Source of the DNA: a virus
IMG/VR virus record: IMGVR_UViG_3300030333_005399
Span: 7,830-71,829 of that record
Reading direction: 5' to 3' (one strand)
DNA: 64,000 nt
Within the stretch, counting starts at the first letter, position 1. Every line of letters begins with the position of its first letter. The position numbers were made by a program, and so were the translations under genes. The notes below the pieces were generated by a model. That model had not been told where the DNA came from and made no database searches. It saw only the letters and a list, made by a program, of their open reading frames with translations. Of the stretch, positions 58,945 through 64,000 are shown piece after piece.

Positions 58945-61373
58945 GCTGAAACTCCTTTATATCTTTCTACAACATCTTTTACTGAAGGTATTTCAGAGAA
59001 CTCTTCGATTTGATCTAAGATTTGTTTCTGAAACCATGTGTCGTAGTCAATTTCAAATTTATCTGTATTCGTATCAATCAAGTTAAGCTGTTCTTCGTTT
59101 AAGCAAATTGCTGTGTTTCGTTCTCTAGGTTTCAAATCATCTTGACATTTAGATTTTACATAGAATAGCAAAGGCTTATCCATGTGATCTACACCTGCAT
59201 CCATAATTTCATTAGACCACATTGCTGCCGTTAGATGTTGTGGTTTGTTTTTGTTGTACATAAAGAACTTTTTAGTGAATGACTTTGTGATACCGATTTG
59301 TTCGTATGGTACAGTTAGAATCTTTTGTCTTAAATTTGTTAGATCTTCCAACGTTAGTTGCTGTCTAACTGCTTTTTCAGCTAAGTCATCTAATACACTC
59401 TTTGCAAACTTAGGTGCATCTTTACGAATGATGTTTAAACCTTTGATGTAACTTTTACCAGATCCACGTTCGATTGCATAGTAACGTTTCTTAGCACTAC
59501 CAAAATACATGTATTCTAAATCCATTTCGAACTTTAGATCCATCATAAAATACTCTTCGTTTAGTGTATTGCTGTACTGTTTGAAGAAATCATTTTTTAG
59601 CATTTCAGTAAAATCATCTAGTTTAGTTTTGATTTGATCTACGCTATAACCATTTTGTTTAATCATGATTGAATCAGTATCACCGTAAATTACTGGATGA
59701 TCCATACTTGTATGCCACTTTACAACTGCATATTTCAATGCTTCTCTAGCAAAAAATGTTATTGCGTCTGCACATTCAGGTTTGTAAAGTCTGAAGTAGT
59801 TAAAGCCCATAGCACCGTAAGCAGAGTTTAATATCAACTTAATTGCTTTTTGTTTAACATTCAATGATAACTTTTCTGCTTCTGGTGTAGTATCCAATTT
59901 GAGTTTTTTATTGGCTTCAACTCTTTGTAGAAACAACTTTTTAAGTAGAAAAGGCATAAGACCAAGCTTATATTCATGTGCGTAAAATAAATAACGCTTA
60001 CCAAACAGATCCTCGTGATGACCAGTATCTATGAATGGTATATTTTCACTGTTTAGAGATTCTATAACATCATCAATTTTCATACCTGCTTGTGTACACT
60101 GATCTTCAGATGCAATAAACGTTTCAGGTGATATGTTAAATGCCATAATAGTTGTTGGATACAGTGATGTATAATCTAAGATTGACATATCTTCGTGTAC
60201 ACCTGGTTCAACTGGATCTAGTACGATAGCACCCATATACTTTTGTTTTGGTAGAGTAACACGTGTTGGAAACACAATATTGCCACTGAATGCTGTCTTA
60301 ATATAAGAATCAACTACAACTGACTTACTCATAACTAGACTCATATTAACAAGACCAGCTGTTTCTTGTAGTGATGTGTACAAATCAAATATCTTTACTT
60401 TCTTTTCGATCTCAACTAGTATTTCTACATCTCGTACTGCATATTCAATGAAGCCTTTATAATCATCTAACCAATTCTGCCACGTTACTTCTTTCAACTT
60501 TTCAACGTCTGTATTTTTCACAATTGTTTCAGCTGCAGTTGCTAGCTTCCAGTTTGGAAGATTGTAACCTAAGTCTTGTAATGCATCTTGCATATCGATG
60601 TGATCTACACCTTGAAGATAGATTCTCCAATAGTCACCTTTCTTGTACATTCTTATTTCGTTGATTGGAGATATTGCTTTATGGTTCAATCCAATATTTT
60701 TAGCACGATTGATAATATATGGTAAATCATATTGACTTGAATACCAACCTGTTAGAACATCGACGTGAGACAATCTAACGAAGTCCATAAATGAAGCTAA
60801 CATAGTTTGTTCATCACTGAAGAATGAATAGTTGATACCATCTTTACTTATGAGCTTTGGTTCTGTGTAATCTTTAGTCTTTTCAGGATTCCATGAGAAG
60901 ACGAAGTATTCTTTATCAAGTGTTGAATAACCAACAATTGCTGTTATAGGTTGACGTGCAGCATCTGGCATATTACCATCAGGATCATCTGCGTCATACC
61001 ATGTTTCAATATCGAAGAACATAATGTTACGATAAGTAGACCATTCTAACTTATTGTCTAGTATGTACTTTTGTTCTGGAAGAATATCTGCTTCGAATAT
61101 TCTTTCTGGTTTTGCTTTTACCAATTGATTCTTAGCTTTTATAGAACGATAAAAAACTTTGACAACGTCTTTACCGTATAAACTTGGATACGACTTACCT
61201 TCTTCTACTCTGAATCCATATTGAGCAACATCTTTTATGTGTTCTTTATCATAATAAAAGTAATCTTCATACAACACTTTCTTACTGACTGGTGTGTTGT
61301 TTTCATCATAGCCAAACAGACTAAGATTCCACTTACCTTTATTGAACTTAGAACAGACTCTTGATAATTTCAT
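58941..61373 (-). CDS. Family B DNA polymerase
   Basis: FDIET, YDLPY, DYTSLYP, KLILNSAYG, YGDTDS, KKRY; no intein evident. Confidence 0.97.
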   Translation of the reverse strand: MKLSRVCSKFNKGKWNLSLFGYDENNTPVSKKVLYEDYFYYDKEHIKDVAQYGFRVEEGKSYPSLYGKDVVKVFYRSIKAKNQLVKAKPERIFEADILPEQKYILDNKLEWSTYRNIMFFDIETWYDADDPDGNMPDAARQPITAIVGYSTLDKEYFVFSWNPEKTKDYTEPKLISKDGINYSFFSDEQTMLASFMDFVRLSHVDVLTGWYSSQYDLPYIINRAKNIGLNHKAISPINEIRMYKKGDYWRIYLQGVDHIDMQDALQDLGYNLPNWKLATAAETIVKNTDVEKLKEVTWQNWLDDYKGFIEYAVRDVEILVEIEKKVKIFDLYTSLQETAGLVNMSLVMSKSVVVDSYIKTAFSGNIVFPTRVTLPKQKYMGAIVLDPVEPGVHEDMSILDYTSLYPTTIMAFNISPETFIASEDQCTQAGMKIDDVIESLNSENIPFIDTGHHEDLFGKRYLFYAHEYKLGLMPFLLKKLFLQRVEANKKLKLDTTPEAEKLSLNVKQKAIKLILNSAYGAMGFNYFRLYKPECADAITFFAREALKYAVVKWHTSMDHPVIYGDTDSIMIKQNGYSVDQIKTKLDDFTEMLKNDFFKQYSNTLNEEYFMMDLKFEMDLEYMYFGSAKKRYYAIERGSGKSYIKGLNIIRKDAPKFAKSVLDDLAEKAVRQQLTLEDLTNLRQKILTVPYEQIGITKSFTKKFFMYNKNKPQHLTAAMWSNEIMDAGVDHMDKPLLFYVKSKCQDDLKPRERNTAICLNEEQLNLIDTNTDKFEIDYDTWFQKQILDQIEEFSEIPSVKDVVERYKGVSA

Positions 61374-61392
61374 TATAACCTCATTGATTTAT

Positions 61393-61434
61393 TAGAATCT
61401 AAACGATTCAGAATTAAAAGTACATGCTTTTTTT
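61393..61434 (-). promoter_or_regulatory. Conserved phage promoter motif, copy 9
   Basis: GCATGTAC-N18-TAGATTCTA upstream of polB. Confidence 0.8.
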
Positions 61435-61440
61435 ATTTTT

Positions 61441-61875
61441 TTATACACCTGTTGAACCAAATCCACCATCACCTCTTGTTGATTCTTCAGAAAATAACTC
61501 TCCATCTTCAACTTCTTCAACACCATCATAAAACATTGGAACCAAAATAAACTGCATAATCTTTTCACCAGCTTTTATTTCTTGTGGTACTTGACTAAGA
61601 TTGATAACATGAATATGCAATTCACCTTGATAACCTTCGTCTACAACACATGCTCCACCCAATAACTGCCTTTTTACTGCAACACCAGATTTGTTAAATG
61701 CAATCAATGCATGATTGTCTGGAACATTAACTCTAACACCTGACGGTATCAATATTCCTTCGTTCTTTCCTAACCACTTACCTTCAAAATCATTAGGAAC
61801 AAAAAAGTCAATACCTGCATCATTAGCATTTGCTCGCTGTGGAAGTTTGACATCTCTTATTCTACTTACTTTCAT
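61441..61875 (-). CDS. dut: Trimeric dUTPase family
   Basis: AGIDF, KSG, VVDEGYQGE, RGDGGFGSTG. Confidence 0.93.
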   Translation of the reverse strand: MKVSRIRDVKLPQRANANDAGIDFFVPNDFEGKWLGKNEGILIPSGVRVNVPDNHALIAFNKSGVAVKRQLLGGACVVDEGYQGELHIHVINLSQVPQEIKAGEKIMQFILVPMFYDGVEEVEDGELFSEESTRGDGGFGSTGV

Positions 61876-62194
61876 TGGATTGTTCTCCTAATTCAACTTG
61901 CTTTTCTGTATCTTTATAACCGAATTCGTCAACATAGTTATCGAGAGCACCTAAGTATGCACACGCATCTAATAGATTGTCTCGTTTATATGAATATGAA
62001 TGACGACTTAACTTAAGAGCAACCATAGCAGCGTATATGTCAGAACCAGTAAACTCTTTACCAGTCATACCAGTTGCTATCATAGCAGCACGACGCATAC
62101 CTTCAGAGAAAGGACCATACATTCTTTCTTTCTCTTCTGATCTATCGTTTATGATGCTATCTGCTTGTTGCAATATTGATTGTTTTTTAGCCAT
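61862..62194 (-). CDS. DUF6378-like all-alpha nucleotide pyrophosphatase-like protein
   Basis: R...YG, MVALKLSR, KRDNLLDACAY. Confidence 0.7.
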   Translation of the reverse strand: MAKKQSILQQADSIINDRSEEKERMYGPFSEGMRRAAMIATGMTGKEFTGSDIYAAMVALKLSRHSYSYKRDNLLDACAYLGALDNYVDEFGYKDTEKQVELGEQSNESK

Positions 62195-63041
62195 TTGGAA
62201 CCTCTTCTAATAACATTTTTGATAACTCTAAAGATTTTTCTTTTATTTCGTCTTTTGACATAGAAACTCGGGGAAGATAGAGTTCCTTTGATAATATATA
62301 TTGTAATGTAACGTGAGAATGCAATTTAATTTTAGGTAATTCCTTTTTGTAATATACAGCTGCATCATTCTTAATTATCTTATTTGCCATGTCGTAATGT
62401 CTTTCGTATATGTGCATACTACCTGCATGGTGATGATATTCACCCAATTCTACATTAACACCTAAATTTTTTAGATCATTGCACATTAACTGATGAAACA
62501 GTGAAAACGTAAATATATCATTACAAAAACCATAAACGACATCGTTAGATCTCATATACACACCCATATCCAATCTATTGTTACGAATAAAAAATTGAAT
62601 GTACTGTGTACATGGAATATCTTTTGGATTCTTACCTTTATGATATGGTTGATTAATTGCAATAGTTGCACGTCTGGAATCTGGATCACTTATTAGTTCG
62701 TTTGTAACCCAACTCCATTGACCTGAAGGAATTAGATACTCACCATAGTTTGATTCACATTCGCCATTTTCATCTTTAATCATATCCCATATTTTAGCCA
62801 TCTTACCAATATTCTCAGTACTTTTATGCTGAGATAGATACCATAACCATTCTGTTATAGCATATTGTGGATTGAATTTTCTATCTGGATATGCAATCAA
62901 TAAATCAGTTGGATCTTCAATAACACACTTATAGAATGTTATTTCTTTTTGTTTTGTACCTCTAGCTTCAACATCGTTACCACGTCTCATAACGTCTGAT
63001 ACAATGGTGAATAGAGTTCTATTTAAGTTTGGTTCATACAT
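62187..63041 (-). CDS. Thymidylate-synthase-fold enzyme, probable dCMP/dUMP hydroxymethylase
   Basis: SRR, IPCT, MRSNDVVYGFCND, SMHIYERH; Asp at the ThyA Asn177-equivalent position. Confidence 0.8.
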   Translation of the reverse strand: MYEPNLNRTLFTIVSDVMRRGNDVEARGTKQKEITFYKCVIEDPTDLLIAYPDRKFNPQYAITEWLWYLSQHKSTENIGKMAKIWDMIKDENGECESNYGEYLIPSGQWSWVTNELISDPDSRRATIAINQPYHKGKNPKDIPCTQYIQFFIRNNRLDMGVYMRSNDVVYGFCNDIFTFSLFHQLMCNDLKNLGVNVELGEYHHHAGSMHIYERHYDMANKIIKNDAAVYYKKELPKIKLHSHVTLQYILSKELYLPRVSMSKDEIKEKSLELSKMLLEEVPNG

Positions 63042-63065
63042 AGTTATAACTCTCTATTTTAATAT

Positions 63066-63108
63066 TAGAATCTACTAAATAACCGGCATATAAGTACATG
63101 CTTTTTTT
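63066..63108 (-). promoter_or_regulatory. Conserved phage promoter motif, copy 10
   Basis: GCATGTAC-N19-TAGATTCTA. Confidence 0.8.
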
Positions 63109-63118
63109 CATTTTTTTG

Positions 63119-63191
63119 TGGAGCTGATAGGGATCGAACCTACGACCTCCGCAGTGCAAGTGCGGCGCTCTCCCAACTGAGCTACAGCCCC
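63119..63191 (-). tRNA. tRNA-Ala(TGC), CCA not encoded
   Basis: GGGGCTGTAGCTCAGTTGGGAGAGCGCCGCACTTGCACTGCGGAGGTCGTAGGTTCGATCCCTATCAGCTCCA; cloverleaf with G3-U70. Confidence 0.95.
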
Positions 63192-63202
63192 AAATTACCG
63201 TT

Positions 63203-64000
63203 CTAAAAATTAACCGTAATTCCTACATTAGCATATCTTGGTGTTCCAAGAAATACTTCTGCGTTATGAGCAGCGTGAACTTTGTCACCATACCCATTGT
63301 ACTGACTATTGTCAGTTGCATCTTGTACATAAACTGCATCAAGTGCATTAAAGACATGTGCTGATAATGTCATATCAACTGCGTCTATTGGAAGCTTATA
63401 TGATAAATGTAAATCAAGCTTACTGTAACCAGGTGCTTTCCAAACCTGTGATCTATCAGGATCTCCGTCTATTTCACGATCATCTGGACTCCAATCTGCA
63501 TAATTGTCATCATACATCTTATACAATGCTTGCATTTGTAAACCCTTAATTGGTTTTAATGTTAATCCACCAACGTAAGCTGTTTGTGGCATATCACCAA
63601 CCCAAAGGTTATTAAGTGCGTAAGCATAATCAGTAGTCTTCATACCGATGACTTCATCATTATCATTGAACTCCTGTTCTTGATAAGTTCCTTCTGCATC
63701 TCCTGCGAATTTCCATGTTCCTTTACTTAAGGCTAGATCAACATCCAACATATCGTTGATAGCAATTTTACTTTCAACTTCCCATCCTGTATGATCTTGT
63801 TGCACACCTCTTAAGAAGATAACATCTGTATCGCCCGAGTCACCTTGACCTGTTGAAACAGCTTTAGTGATATTCCTATCAATCCACTTAGTATTGTAAG
63901 AACTCAACTTAACAGCTACTTTATCACTATTATACTTACCACCGAATTCAAAGCTCTTAAACTTCTCATTATCAGGGTCAGTAGCTACTGTTCCATCATA
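63203..64000 (-). CDS. TonB-dependent receptor, C-terminal part (5' end outside the window)
   Basis: Frame open to the window edge; amphipathic strands, VFNALD, GTPRYANVGITVNF with terminal Phe. Confidence 0.85.
   Translation of the reverse strand, partial: YDGTVATDPDNEKFKSFEFGGKYNSDKVAVKLSSYNTKWIDRNITKAVSTGQGDSGDTDVIFLRGVQQDHTGWEVESKIAINDMLDVDLALSKGTWKFAGDAEGTYQEQEFNDNDEVIGMKTTDYAYALNNLWVGDMPQTAYVGGLTLKPIKGLQMQALYKMYDDNYADWSPDDREIDGDPDRSQVWKAPGYSKLDLHLSYKLPIDAVDMTLSAHVFNALDAVYVQDATDNSQYNGYGDKVHAAHNAEVFLGTPRYANVGITVNF

Noticed and set aside
58941-61373. Intein or intron in polB
   Set aside because: 810-aa continuous ORF with normally spaced motifs
5190-63108. Repeated motif as CRISPR repeat, REP or mobile-element end
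   Set aside because: Copies are dispersed, single, bipartite with a variable spacer and always upstream of genes; no array or transposase
44-63549. Many short plus-strand and alternate-frame ORFs in the track (e.g. 44..481, 26211..26573, 24582..24854, 29847..30143)
   Set aside because: They are shadows of well-supported minus-strand genes, with no RBS or motifs
1-64000. Genome-wide stop-codon reassignment explaining the in-frame TGA
   Set aside because: TGA, TAG and TAA all end intact conserved genes here (polB TGA, Hsp20 TAG), and coding density is high under the standard code

Overview
AT-rich, gene-dense segment of a large (jumbo/T4-like) dsDNA bacteriophage, with almost all genes on the minus strand. 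No rRNA, ribosomal proteins or CRISPR array are visible. It encodes a phage sigma factor, PolB, dUTPase, ThyX, a ThyA-fold enzyme, PhoH, peptide deformylase, Hsp20, UvsE, a MoxR AAA+/VWA pair, a ~17 kb glycan-synthesis cluster, envelope genes (two pilins, TonB C-terminal domain, TonB-dependent receptor) and two tRNAs. The gene content suggests an aquatic Gram-negative host, possibly FCB group (inference). The best signals lie outside the ORF track: (1) a SelW/Rdx-type CxxU selenoprotein with in-frame UGA and a SECIS-like hairpin (5737-5985); (2) a complete tRNA-Gly read through in frame inside a same-strand CDS; (3) a dispersed DNA hypermodification set whose ThyA-fold enzyme carries the cytosine-type Asp; (4) a sigma54-type promoter before the pilins; (5) ten copies of a conserved promoter motif; (6) a pseudoknot-like RNA at a start codon; (7) a 16-aa 7-Cys micropeptide; (8) a localized high-GC zone. 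All family assignments are by visual motif recognition, not database search.
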